Below, in pieces: positions 1-13,704 of a stretch of DNA of 64,000 nt; positions within the stretch are counted from its first letter, which is position 1; each line of letters starts with the position of its first letter. The translations under genes and the position numbers were made by a program. Origin of the DNA: Pecten maximus. Its lineage: Eukaryota. Below the pieces are notes generated by a model, which did not search any database, was not told where the DNA came from, and saw nothing but the letters and a program-made list of their open reading frames with translations. The stretch is from assembly GCF_902652985.1 (NCBI RefSeq), contig NC_047019.1:17050001-17114000 (forward strand), written 5' to 3'.

Positions 1-863
1 TCGTATCAGCTATATTTGGTGCGTATAAATGCATGATCGATTGTAAAACCTCAGATTGATGTAAAGTTAGTGATTCAGAAATATACATATATTAATGCTA
101 ACATTGCTGTGCTGTCAAAGTATATATGTATTGTTCGTGACTGGTTCGTTGTCTGGTTCGTTGTCTAACATTTAATATTCAATACAATTTCAAAGACTAA
201 AGACCAGTAAAAAAAACTTTCTAGTTGCAACCTCCAATTGTTCGAGGTTTCATAATAAAACTACGATCCCTTTAAAACTATTTTCAAAGTAACTTATAAA
301 ATGTTTTTGATTGTGGATTATGGAAAAAATATCTTTTTCATCATAAACAATGACTTCCATAGGTAAAATGTAATGATATATCAATGACAGTGTGATTTAT
401 ATTTTTATGAACAAACGTAGCGATACAAATAAGGNNNNNNNNNNNNNNNNNNNNNNNNNNNNNNNNNNNNNNNNNNNNNNNNNNNNNNNNNNNNNNNNNN
501 NNNNNNNNNNNNNNNNNNNNNNNNNNNNNNNNNNCTCAGGTCAGCTATATTTTAGTTTGTGGAGGATTCATGTATTTGTTTTTAATGTAGATGTTGGTCA
601 GGAATTCAGAGATTTATATATGTACATATAATATAATCAATGTTAATTTTACATTTATTTGTTGCTTTGTAAAATTTTGTAATATTTTATTATATGATGA
701 AAAAATATGTGACCTCAGTTAAGGAGTCCGGACTTTTTATTCCGACTCAACTTGAAAATAACCTACGGAGTAACCATCCAAATCAAATTTGATGGGTAGC
801 TGTCACTCTTGCCTACTACCTAGATACCGACAATAAAGATATTTAAACTAGATTTTTTTTTAG

Positions 864-3800
864 TTACAGTACAAGAGATTTTAGACGGAACAGTGAGGAA
901 GGGTCAGAATCAGTGCAGACCTCTGACACAGAGGCTACATCTTTCTCCTCTGATTTCTCTTTCATTTCACGGCAAGATGAATCAATGACTTCCCTCGATA
1001 AAACACTTTTGAATGAAAACCAAGAATCGTTGTTCAGTAAACTTCATTCTGCAAGTAACCCGAACACTAGTCTGAATAAGAGTCCAGCTCACAACAGCTC
1101 TCCAGTGCAAGGGAGAAACTTCCCCCACCTAGAATCCGCAACAGTAAGTGTTGTTGAAAATGCAGAATGTCGTAGGTGTAAAGCAATGCAGTCCGATGTT
1201 GGATGTCAAAGTCAGACATTGTGTGCCTGCTCCTGGAGCAGTGGTGAAACTGTTACACCTTCAGGTGACTTTGACGATTTCAAATTACGTGGCATTGGTT
1301 TAACAGAAACTGTAAAAACTGGACATCAAGGAAACCCAGGAGAATCAAAGCTGTGGAAATGTGATATAAAAAATGGTTGCCCTACGGACACTGATGTACT
1401 TGGCTGCCAAACAGATTTTGATAAGCTTTCCCTCCAGCAGCAGTTCTCACAGTTAAGCTTTAGAGACACTCCAGGTAGGTTGATAAATCTATTTTTTCAC
1501 ATTTTCTATGTCCAAAAGTTATTTCTTTGAAGGTTTTCAATGTTTTTTCATGAAACAACAGCTGTTGTTATATAGTAGAGGTTCCATTCCTGTAAACATC
1601 CTGTATACCATAACTTTGTTCTTCCGCTTAAGAATTACAGTCATATCGGGTCAATCTACCAAGGTATATTTCTCTACTTCTTTTTGAACATCAAAGAAAA
1701 AGTTACTCTGAAGTCTTCTGCTAATTATGAAAACTCTAGCCAAGGTTTATTGTGACTTCTGGTTCCAATCAGAAAAAATGTTTCCCGAAAATTCCTCACT
1801 TTATCACAAAATGAGTAGGTAAAAAAGTTAAAGTTTGGTTAATTTTAATTTTGTAAAGAAAGTGTATAACAATGTGTGTTTTTTGTAGATTCCACCAATC
1901 CTCAACAAGTAGATGAGAGTATTACTGACAATCCTTTGGCCTTGTAAGTAATCTTATATATATATAATACATATGACATTGTTTAACCAGTTTTTGTTTT
2001 GTAACTAAATTAAAATCTGACATCTCTGCTGCTTTTTTTGTTGATGGAATACGTGTATCAATATTAATATACACTGTCATAATCAAAATGTTACCGTCTC
2101 ATTTTTTACTTTGTCCTATGGGAAATTCATGTGTTCCTCTATGATTTTGACAATGCATGAATACATCTCAACATACATTCTGGCATTATACATATGTTAG
2201 CTGAAGTATTGAATTGAGTCCATGGTATACGTACAAATGTATAGAGTAGAGTATATATGTCCGCTGCTTGAGGTAATAGCTTTAAACTACTCATTCCTGT
2301 GTAATATTTCAGCTGCTCTGCTACAAAAGTTCTTGGTAGCCTGTCTACTTCCAAAGAGAGCCTCAACTCTGGTAAACACACTTTTTAATAATATCTATTT
2401 CAATAAGTAATAGTTTTGTTGTTGCTTTTCAGCTATTCGTACCTGCAAATTTTCTGTATTTTAACATTAGAGATCGACGTTTTTCAGGGATTAGGGGGGT
2501 AATTTTGTGTATCCTGCACTCAAGCGTGCCTATTTACGTTTTTTGCTTATTATTCGAGATATAACGTTAATTAACATTAATTTTGTGAAATAATTTACAC
2601 ATGCAACAAGTAAACCAAATTCAAAACATTACTGACAGAGAACATTGAAAAACACATTTTAACTTAACATAATGAATCGTCTATGTATATAATGTAATAT
2701 GTACTAGCTTGTGTGATCATTGACCTCACTGACATCACTCAGATGACAAAACTCTCAACAAAGACCATGCACCCCCGTTATAAGACCACCTGATGCCTGT
2801 CCCATAGGTGGTCTCATAAGTGGGGGACCACTGTACAAATGATGTCCCTTTGACACCCTACCATAAAGTCACTTGGGAAATCTAAATTGCTTGCCAATGG
2901 TAGACATTGCTTGGTGCTTCATCACTACCCGGTATATGTGCTAAAGATTAATGATTTGATTAATTCAAACTCGTATTACTAGTTTCAGTCACTTTCTCGA
3001 TATTTTATGCCAAACTTAGGGAATGATCAGAATATATGTATTGAACAAACTTTGTCAGATGGGAAGGAAATAGGTAATGCTAATTATTAAAAAATATTTT
3101 TTGTGCTTACTAATCAAAAATACCTTTAAATTCAAACCTAATGATTCTTAAAAAAAATCACAATGGTATAATGATTGTAATATTGTTGTTGTTCCAGCCC
3201 AGGGTATATACAAACTGCTGAATAACTATAACAACATGCATCATGTGATATACAGCCTGTTGTCAGGGCGACCAGTCATCGTCATAGCAACAGCAGCATT
3301 TGAAAAAGATGTTAAGGAAATAGTACGAGCCCTCCAGCATTTTCTGCCAAACAACCCTAGGTTAGTAGGCCATACAACTCAACCAAACATTTGTAGCTAT
3401 CTGTGAAAGTCTGTTGAACTCAATGTGTGTACTTTACCAATGCTATATGATTATGGGGACAGGTGCACTTATTAGGTTAAATACAATGGGTGTCAAACAA
3501 TGGTCCTCTGAATAGACTAGGATTCACCTTCAGAAGTGTGTGACTACCATATTCATGAAATGGTCCGAATCAATTATAATCAGTATGCTTTAATTGGTCT
3601 TGTGTGAAACCTTGATACTAGTTGAGACCTTTTTAGGGGCACAATAGCTCAGTTGGTTAGAGCACCAGCCGTGTAACCTCTCATCTAAGGTGCATGGTTT
3701 GATGCTCCCTACCAGTGTCGGTTTGTGTTTCTCGGGAAACTGAGAATCTGGTCGGCCTGTGCTATCATGGTTATGTCCTTGGGCAAAACACTTTTTAGCC

Positions 3801-6800
3801 TTTGCTCTGAATGGCATACAACGGGCATGTCATGAGCCTACAGTATGGTGTTCAGTGAAGAAGTCACCAACTAATACAAGGAGACCAAGCCTCAAAATGA
3901 CCCTGACAATAAACCCACCAAACAAACATTCTTTTTAACTTTGTACATAAAAATTTACACATATGGGTTATCTCCCTTGAATTTTTTAATGAAATATCTG
4001 AGTTTACTTGGAATGATATATATATCAGTTGACTACAGTGTTTTGTTTAATACCTACAAAGTTCTCCATTAGCTGACCGTATGTCAAAATTACCACATAA
4101 GGATTTAATATGTTTGTGAGTGTAACATTTTAACTCTTCTGGGAAAGATTTCAGGTCAATGTAGCATGCACCCTTAAATCAAACAGGTGTCCAGGTGGTG
4201 CCCACCCTAACAGCCATTTGACCTGGCTGTCTCACCTTCCTAAAATCACAGACCTAGGAGGGATGAAACTTGTAGGGGTGTGTCGACCGGAGAAGAAACC
4301 AATGGACAGACTCATCACTCCAGCATTTAAAGTACAGTATCTGTACAATATAAACATGTATAGATTTCAATATGGACATCAACTTGGAAAAATTAAAAAC
4401 TGGCTGCTTGATAAAAAGAATGGTAGTTAAAGAATTTGACCATACTGACAGTGTATACACATTCAGTCAACAGAACATGATCCCCTTTCAGACAGTTGAT
4501 AAAAATAATAATAATAAATCATTTCTCAGTTTGTTGTCCATGGCCAGTTATTCAGTTGAATAATTGAATGATAACAGAAAATTGACATTAAACTTACAAA
4601 ATAAACAACTGGGAAATTGAGTAGAAGAATTGTTTTAAGTGATGGTAAAGAATGGTTAGTTCAATTGGAACAAAAGATGACTCACCATTGAAATTGAATT
4701 ACTTCAGATCGTTTCGTTCAAAGTCCAAAGATTCTGATAAAAAATATTTTTGATTAATTATAGTTCCTACTTTTAATGGAATGTTGCAATATTTTTTCGA
4801 GATAAATGAAATATATAAGAGACAGTAAATCAGTATAAATCCATTACACACTCAGCTATAAGTTCCTTGTGCGAACAATAAAAATGGCATTTCTGTGGTT
4901 GTCCTTATTAAACTTAACAAGTTTCTATGTTTTATAGTTGTTTTTTTTTGTTCGATATTGTTAACGTATATAATAAAGAACATGACAAGGTATTAAGATT
5001 GATAGTTTTACAGAGGATTAATTGGAACATTCAGGCTGTGCTGTGGCCCCTCTTAATTCCTAAATAACCCTTAGGCTAATATTTTTTGAGTTTTGCTTAA
5101 GATAGAGGTACAGTCTTAAGAGACATGGTTTCCAAAGGATTAATTGGGACCAAAGAAAATGAGACAATGATTGAAAAAATATGACTGAAAGATATTTTAA
5201 ATGTTTTGCCATGATAGCTTTCCAACCCTTTCAATTTCCAGAGATTTGTCACAATACTTGATGTGGACAGAAGGGTACTACTTTCTCCAGCTTATCAGGT
5301 GAGATGCATCAATGGGTTGACCTACAAGTGTTTTTAATCATTATCAAGAATCAGTACCAAACTATGTTATAATATTAAACAAGCATCAAGCTCCACATTG
5401 TCATGATGTTGACTTTAGTTGGCAAAATAATGAGTTAATTGTAGTTTGTATCAAATACATATTAAGTACATACTCATAGTCATAATATCAGTATACAAAT
5501 ATATATTCAATCAAATACATTTTTAATCAAACGCATATTCAGTTATATACATATTCAATCATATACATATATTCAACCAATAACATATTAATCATATACA
5601 TATTAAATCATATACATATTCAACCTGTCTGTGTATAGGGTCAGGGTTGAATATGGCATCAAGCACATATTCAATCATGCACATATTCAAGCATATACAT
5701 ATTCAATCATATACATATTCAATCAAACATATATTCAAACATACACATATTCAATCATATACACATTCAATCAAACACATATTCAGTCACACACATATTC
5801 AATCATATACATATTCAATCATATACACATTCAATCAAACACATATTCAGTCACACACATATTCAATCATATACATATTCAATCATACACATATTCAATC
5901 ATACACATATTCAATCATATACACATTCAATCAAACACATATACCTGTCTGTATATGGGGTCAGGGTTACAAGGGTTGAATATGGCATCAAGCAAATATT
6001 CAGTCTTGCACATATTCAATCATATACATGTTCAATCACAACGTATTCAAATTCCAATCATGACAAATACATATTTTATTCAAAAACATTAAATGATCAG
6101 ATTTTTACATAATCTTTAGGCAAAATCAATAAACATACAAATCAGTTCAGTGAAATGAAAATGAAAGAAATTCAAACATGAAAATAAATAGATATAATTT
6201 TAAATGAAATACTTATCAATTAATCAGTTACAGTCCCAAAATTTTGCATCTATCACTTAAAAAGCATGACTGCACAGTTAAAATTTTCTAAGAGGTTTAT
6301 CATGTTTTTGTTACAGGGAAGTTTTCTTACCCTTCTCACCAGCAAGAAGAAATCCTTCAAGTTTGAGTCTGATGCCTTGTTGGCCTATATTAAGGGGTAA
6401 GGATCAAACTTAATTTTGAAATTAAAGTTCTGTTACGTGGGTTGAATATGGCATCATATTGCTTGGTTGCAGTACCTGTATGTGTATGGTTACTGTGCCT
6501 GTATGTGTATGGTTACTGTACCTGTACATGTATTGTTACTGTACCTGTACGTGTATGGTTACTGTACCTGTATGTGTATGGTTACTGTACCTGTATACGT
6601 GTATGGTACCTGTACGTGTATGGTTACTGTACCTGTACGTGTATGGTTACTGTACATGTATCTGTACGTGTATGGTTACTGTACCTGTACATGTATGGTT
6701 ACTGCACCTGTACGTGTATGGTTACTGTACCTGTACATGTATGGTTACTGTACATGTATCTGTACGTGTATGGTTACTGTACCTGTACATGTATGGTTAC

Positions 6801-9800
6801 TGCACCTGTACGTGTATGGTTACTGTACCTGTACGTGTATGGTTACTGTACCTGTATGTGTATGGTTACTGTAACTGTACGTGTATGGTTACTGTACATG
6901 TATCTGTACGTGTATGGTTACTGTACCTGTATGTGTATGGTTACTGTACCTGTACATGTATGGTTACTGTACATGTATCTGTACGTGTATGGTTACTGTA
7001 CCTGTACATGTATGGTTACTGTACCTGTACATGTATGGTTACTGTACCTGTACATGTATGGTTACTGTACCTGTACGTGTATGGTTACTGTACCTGTACA
7101 TGTATGGTTACTGTACATGTATCTGTACGTGTATGGTTACTGTACCTGTATGTGTATGGTTACTGTACCTGAACATGTATGGTTACTGTATCTGTACATG
7201 TATGGTTACTGTACCTGTACGTGTATGGTTACTGTACCTGTAAGTGTATGGTTACTGTACCTGTATGTGTATGGTTACTGCACCTGTACGTGTATGGTTA
7301 CTGTACCTGTACATGTATGGTTACTGTACCTGTACGTGTATGATTACTGTACCTGTACGTGTATGGTTACTGTATCTGTACATGTATGATTACTGTACAT
7401 GTATCTGTACGTGTATGGTTACTGTACCTGTACGTGTATGGTTACTGTACATGTATCTGTACGTGTATGGTTACTGTACCTGTACATGTATGGTTACTGC
7501 ACCTGTACGTGTATGGTTACTGTACCTGTACATGTATGGTTACTGTACCTGTACGTGTATGGTTACTGTACCTGTATGTGTATGGTTACTGTACATGTAT
7601 CTGTACGTGTATGGTTACTGTACCTGTATGTGTATGGTTACTGTACATGTATCTGTACGTGTATGGTTACTGTACCTGTATGTGTATGGTTACTGTACCT
7701 GTACATGTATGGTTACTGTACATGTATGGTTACTGTACCTGTATGTGTATGGTTACTGTACCTGTACGTGTATGGTTACTGTACCTGTACGTGTATGGTT
7801 ACTGTACCTGTACGTGTATGATTACTGTACATGTATCTGTACGTGTATGGTTACTGTACCTGTACATGTATGGTTACTGCACCTGTACGTGTATGGTTAC
7901 TGTACCTGTACATGTATGGTTACTGTACCTGTACGTGTATGGTTACTGTACCTGTATGTGTATGGTTACTGTACATGTATCTGTACGTGTATGGTTACTG
8001 TACCTGTATGTGTATGGTTACTGTACCTGTACGTGTATGGTTACTGTATCTGTACGTGTATGGTTACTTTATCTGTACGAGTATGGTTACTGTACCTGTA
8101 CGTGTATGGTTACTGTATCTGTACGTGTATGGTTACTGTACCTGTACATGTATGGTTACTGTATCTGTAAATGTAATGGGTCAAGGTAACTAAAAAGGAT
8201 TTAATATGGCATCATATTACGTGGGTACTGTACCTGTATTGTATGGTGTCAAGGTAACAAGGGTTGAATATGACATCATATTATGTGGGGGTCAGACACA
8301 CACAGAGGAACTCACAGACCTATAGCTGGTTTTGTACCAATTCAAATTACTAATTGATCAGATACATCACATTATTGTAATATAAATACAGTTACTCTTA
8401 GACTATTAACCTTATTTTGATTTAGAAAATGTTATGCTTCCCCATGCGATGAGGGTGTGTACAGTGTTACCCATGTCTGTCCGTCGTGTCCCATCCCATT
8501 CTGAATCTATGTTGTACCCCGAGAACCCTTCAACATGCTGATATGGTCCATATTTTCATCATAGTTTCATAACACCATGCAAGTTCTTCATCGAAAGGGG
8601 GACATTTATATCTTACAAACATTTTTTAGTCATTGAGAGATTCTTATTATAATAATACTAATATGTACATTTTGTTTGGTTTTTAGATTGCTGTCAGAAA
8701 TCTCATCAAAAGCTTTCATCTTCTTCCACCTCTTCTGTCTGGGGAATGCCGGCACTATTGCAAGGTATTTAGCTACCCGATTATATATGTTACATTACAG
8801 TTTCAGTTTGGATGTAAAGGATTGGAAATTATATCTCTTTACATTATATCACTTACAGAGACCCTAATCTTGATAGCATATACGTTCATGTATTATGTAA
8901 TTGATTAACATAGCACAAAGAACTTTTATATACAATAATGTATAATAATATGTTGGAATGTTCTCTGTCAATAAACGTTTACATATTGCTATCAACATAT
9001 TAATAAGGTCTGTCATGGACTTGTATTAGAACTATACATATACATAATTCCCTGAATCTATAGAGATATCGGAGATTGGTCACATATGCCTTGTCATTAA
9101 ATTAACATCATTATTTGAAATCCTCTTTGCTGGGTGTCTTCGGCAGTACGCTTCAGTGAGGTAGCACTATAAAGTCGGCATCAGTTCTGTGCTATTCCAT
9201 GAGACAAAACACAAAAATACCACTGCCTCCTAAAACAAACACATACACCACTGGGATGCATCTTGCACACAGGGAAGGCTGTCCTTAAGTGACCATAGCT
9301 GTTGATAGGACGTTAAACAATACAAACTAAACCTAACTGGTTTCTGGTTGACATTGTCAGTTTTTAAAAAAATTGAATAAGATATATTTGTCACCATGAA
9401 AATTGAAACTACTTGAAATAGGACTTGTTGGACCTGAGTACACAGAGATGTCAGTGGCTTGTTAAGGAGTACAGGGTTTTATATTGACTAGGTAATGAGT
9501 CTGTCGGGTTTGGAATCTCTCTTCCATAGAGCATGTGTTCAGTTTTATCTAAAACTGACTACATCTTGTACATATCTTTCAAATGCTCTGATCTTTGTGT
9601 TAGTTTTGTGATTTGGAGTATCAAACAAGTGGCAAATTATATGAAGTAAATAGATTTTATGCATTTTCATATACATGTTATCAAATTGTAACAAGTTAGT
9701 ACAATAATCAGTCGACATATTGCTCCTTTATGCTTTTGATTTCCAAGTGTAAAAAGTTGGAAAACCAGATATCTAAATGTTAGTTAAAGGAAAGTGTTCA

Positions 9801-11393
9801 ATGTAATACATGATACTGATTGGCAGATCTTAGACTGGGAAAGTATTTGTAATATAACCTATAATTACATACATGGCACTGTTTTGACATAAAGGTCAGA
9901 GATACAGGCCCTCTAGGCCTCTTTTACAATTTAAATTCACTGTAACAATGCAGTTTATTTACTTTTAACATACAGAAGAAACAAAAATGTACAAGTAGAG
10001 GGCCATTTCAAAATGGTACCAATTTATCATTTATTGTATATAAAACTTGGATCTATTATTGTTTTAAGTGGCTACAGTCTTCATGCTCGGAGCAAGTCAT
10101 TCCAACAGACCGTGGTGGCCTTCCTCACCAGGTTAGGGGCACTTGACAGTGATGCAGTCATTGTACAGGTATACTATCCCTGGCCAGTACTTTTCAAGTT
10201 TAATGTTGATATAACTCATTTCCCAATTGCTGTGAAAAAAATTGTTTCCCACTTACAATTTGGTACTGTCAGGCAGATCCCTCATGTTGAAATCTTTGTA
10301 ATATTATTTGATAATGAGAACAAAAAGTTAATTATGTCATTTTATGATATTGATGCTGAAGTAGCTTGGTGAGCAGAGCAGGACATCTGAGCCTCTTCAA
10401 GTCTGGTTTATGTCTTCTGGCTGCTATGTTGATATTTATTGTTTTTATTTTACAGTACTTGGCCGAGATGATAAAACACCAGCATATTGAGAACCACTAC
10501 TACACCACCAGTAATACAGGTAGAGACTACCATCTCCTATAGCTCCTCCATCACTCTCTTCCTTGCCTTTTGTCAATGCCTTACATTAAGCCTGTCTATT
10601 CGTTCCACCAGATGTTTACATAAGTCCCCTACCAGTGAAAGCGATGAGACTATTGGTTTCCTCTCCATCCGTCTTGTATGTGTGTATGTAACGCAAAAGT
10701 TTATCAGCTCTCTAGTGGCTTCATTTCTTGAGTAATTTTGATCAAACTTCACACAATGATAAAGGGCCATTATAAACATCTCAGACAAGATTGAGTTTCA
10801 GGGTTTTTGGGTCAAGGTCAGAGTTACTTTTTTTAGCAGGGCATTAAAGGGGAAATGTATCGCTTTAGCAATACCTAGAGAATGCTTGTTATCTGTTGGT
10901 CTGTCCAGGCTTTGATAATGCATGTGTTTACCAGTTGGCAGATGTTTTAGGTTACATGTACTGCATGGGGTTAGCGTTGTCACTAGATTTGTTTTATGTT
11001 ACGCGTTGTCACTAGATTTGTTTTATGTTACATGTACTGGAGTTAGCGTTGTCACCAAATTTGTTTTATGTTACATGTACTGGGGTTACCGTTGTCACCA
11101 GATTTATTTTATGTTACATGTACTGGGGTTAGCGTTGTCACCAAATTTGTTTTATGTTACATGTACTGGGGTTACCGTTGTCACCAGATTTGTTTTATGT
11201 TACATGTACTGGGGTTACCGTTGTCACCAGATTTATTTTATGTTACATGTACTGGGGTTACCGTTGTCACCAGATTTGTTTTATGTTACATGTACTGGGG
11301 TTAGCGTTGTCACCTAATTTGTTTGATATTACAGGAGTGCCAGTCAGACCTCTGCTCCTACGTACCCAAAACTGTCAGACATTCAAATGCTGA
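864..11393 (+). CDS. SMCR8: SMCR8 (DENN-domain subunit of the C9orf72-SMCR8-WDR41 complex), 5'-partial, 11 exons in window
   Basis: GT-AG exons with consistent phases: 864-1474, 1889-1943, 2313-2371, 3198-3360, 4187-4331, 5242-5298, 6317-6396, 8687-8764, 10069-10168, 10456-10519, 11335-11393 (TGA). Translated blocks HVIYSLLSGRPVIV, MKLVGVCR, RFVTILDVDRRVLLSPAYQG, LLSEISSKAFIFFH and DAVIVQYLAEMIK are collinear with the vertebrate SMCR8 C-terminus as I recall it (AIYSLLSGRTLVV, WKLIGLQR, RYTSILDLDNKTLRCPLYRG, LTQLCSKAFLY, DVRVVQYLAELLK). The first three exons are low-complexity linker and less certain. Confidence 0.88.
3636..3927 (+). mobile_element. tRNA-headed SINE (degenerate) in SMCR8 intron
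   Basis: Head GGGGCACAATAGCTCAGTTGGTTAGAGCA (A box), degenerate B box GGTTTGATGC, central GTCCTTGGGCAAAACACTT motif common in metazoan SINEs, AAAC-type tail. Confidence 0.65.
5500..6050. repeat. ~16-bp tandem repeat (CATATACATATTCAAT)n
   Basis: Directly visible tandem array; explains spurious ORFs 5631-6092 and 5647-5979. Confidence 0.9.
6470..8170. repeat. 23-bp minisatellite (GTACCTGTACGTGTATGGTTACT)n with 29-bp variant units
   Basis: ~1.7 kb array visible directly; source of the many overlapping C/Y/V-rich ORFs. Confidence 0.95.
9110..9335 (+). mobile_element. 3' fragment of a SINE-like element
   Basis: CTTCAGTGAGGTAGCACTATAAAGT core and ...GCTGTTGATAGGACGTTAAACAATACAAAC tail resembling mollusc SINE 3' ends. 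Confidence 0.45.
10950..11334. repeat. 43-bp minisatellite abutting the last SMCR8 exon
   Basis: Unit GTTACATGTACTGGGGTTA(C/G)CGTTGTCACCAGATTT(G/A)TTTTAT, about 8-9 copies; period 43 (e.g. 11070 to 11113). Confidence 0.92.
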
Positions 11394-13704
11394 ATTTACA
11401 GAATCTTCTTACTCAGTCATCACGGTTAAAGAGAAGTCTTCAGATGGAGACAACACCATATATAAGGTTGTCCTTCAGATCTGTGGTTTCACAAATCAGT
11501 TATTGTTAGCTCGCTTTTTCGAAGAAGAGGGACCAGAAAGCTAGCTAATGGTGTCATCCCAGCGTTGGCGTTGGTTTTCTATTAACATTTTGCCAAATAT
11601 CAATATGCCGTTCAACACTTGCACCAAAATGTGTATACCAAATAATTTGGTTGAAATTAGGCATTAATGCATCACTCTATAATTGAACTAGGGTACTGAT
11701 ATTTGACATAGGGTTCCCTTGGGGTTAAAATATTCACTACCAGAGTCAAACTAAGGAATTTTGGGGGAAAAACCCTGCTTTGACATGTTTTGGAAATCAT
11801 ATTTGCATTTTTGAAGACATCAATACCAATTCATATAATTATTTGAATTATTTATTGACAAATATTTTTGCGAGAAGAGCAATGCTGTTCTACAACAGTT
11901 CTTGTTATTACTTAAAGTTACCATTAGGCCATTACTCAAAAAACATTCTGTTTCTTTTAAAAGTACATTTGTAAATAATGTATTAAGATATCTGCTACTT
12001 GCAATTACATGAAGTGTATACTTTTGAATTATATAACTGACAAATTTCATAAAATGATTTTTTTTTGGCACAGTATTTTGTTGTAAAATAGATCAATGTA
12101 ATTTAAAAACTAGACACATGTAAAGTGAATTTTAAATGAAAATTGTTGTTTATTGTGTTATACATCTAAAATAATGACTGAAATATACTCCATGTTAAAT
12201 GTGTTACTCATAATGATGATTCTTCTTTTGCTACAACTTGTTTTGTAATCTGGCAAATTTTGATGAAACAAAAGATTTTTGAATCCAATATTTATAATTA
12301 TATTAATTATATAATTATTGGCAAGATTAAAACTGAAATTTTTAAATCCAATATTTATGTATATTAATTATATAATATAATAATTATTAGCAAAATTAAA
12401 ACTTCTGAAGCTGAAGATTTTAAAATCCAATCCTTTAATGACAGTGCTATTTATGTTCTTTCTAGTTGGGATTTAAAAATAGTCCCTCAATTAGTGAATG
12501 GGATTTGAGAAAACATATAAAAGTATAACCCAAACAGGAGAATATCAAATGTAATGATATATGATACGGGTGTTCTGAATTAGTGTTCCGCAAGTGAAAT
12601 GTGTCTCACAGAGATGGGAGAAAATACTTCTACCTGTAAATACTCACAGGCCTGGATTGTCTTATGTGTTAGTAGCAATGTTCAGAAAAACTTACTTAAA
12701 GTGTTGTTGAATATCAAAATTATGTTGTTAATCATAAGGAATGGGTGGTGCAATAGGGATATATAGTTTACACAGTGCCAAATCATTGTTTCTTTGATTG
12801 TAGTTATAATTAAGGTGTATCTATCACACATTAAAAAGTGATGTTCCGATTGTCTTGTAATTATTGTGAGGATTGTGTGTGTAACATTCCATGAAATTTG
12901 TATGGAGGTATTCATCTTTCCACGAGTACAAATCCTTGACAAATTTCAGTATTTTATTGATTTATTACCAGATAATCATGTATATTGTATCAATATGAAA
13001 GAAAATGTTGAATGTTTTATTTCAGTTAAATGTTATTAGGTTCGGTTGATTTAGTTTATAAACACGTGTACGCTACTGCTAGTAATCAAATAGTTTGGAA
13101 AACAATTTAAGCTAATTTATGATTTGACAGGTAAATGAGAAGTCCTCAAATTAAGGATTTAAAAAAGGGTTATATTTTTAAAGATTTTTACACCGTATTA
13201 TTTTTCATAATAGTCTGAATTTTAATTTTTGAAAAAAATATGACAATTGTCTGAACAATTAAAAACAAATTTGTTTGAATCCTTTCTAAAAATATTTTTA
13301 TTTTGACTGGTATACATTAATGAATTAATTAAAAGTACAATGTATTCCTGCAATCAGGTTAATATGCAGTGAGATAGATTATCCCTTTCCATACACCTGT
13401 ACTTTTTTATATATATATATATACAAATATAGTAAGGAGTACTTACTTGTCATATGACGATTTCTGTACTTACATCATTTTTGAATGATGGACCATGTTT
13501 GTTATTTTTTCTGTGGATCAATCATTCGATATCCTAGAAATAATTTATATAATACAGCAGGAATTTTGTTGTTTAATTTGGTTGTTTTCGAAAATTTGAA
13601 TCTTTCATTTTTGGAGTGCCCACCAGGATATGTGTATTCACTTTAATTTCACAGACAGACATTTCTTCTAGATGTAACATTGTTTGCTTCCAGTCAGGAA
13701 ATAA

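Noticed and set aside
3636-3715. tRNA gene
   Set aside because: Only the 5' half is tRNA-like; T arm and acceptor stem are broken and a SINE body follows
5631-8193. Many long overlapping Cys/Tyr/His-rich ORFs
   Set aside because: Translations of intronic 16-bp and 23-bp tandem repeats, open in several frames
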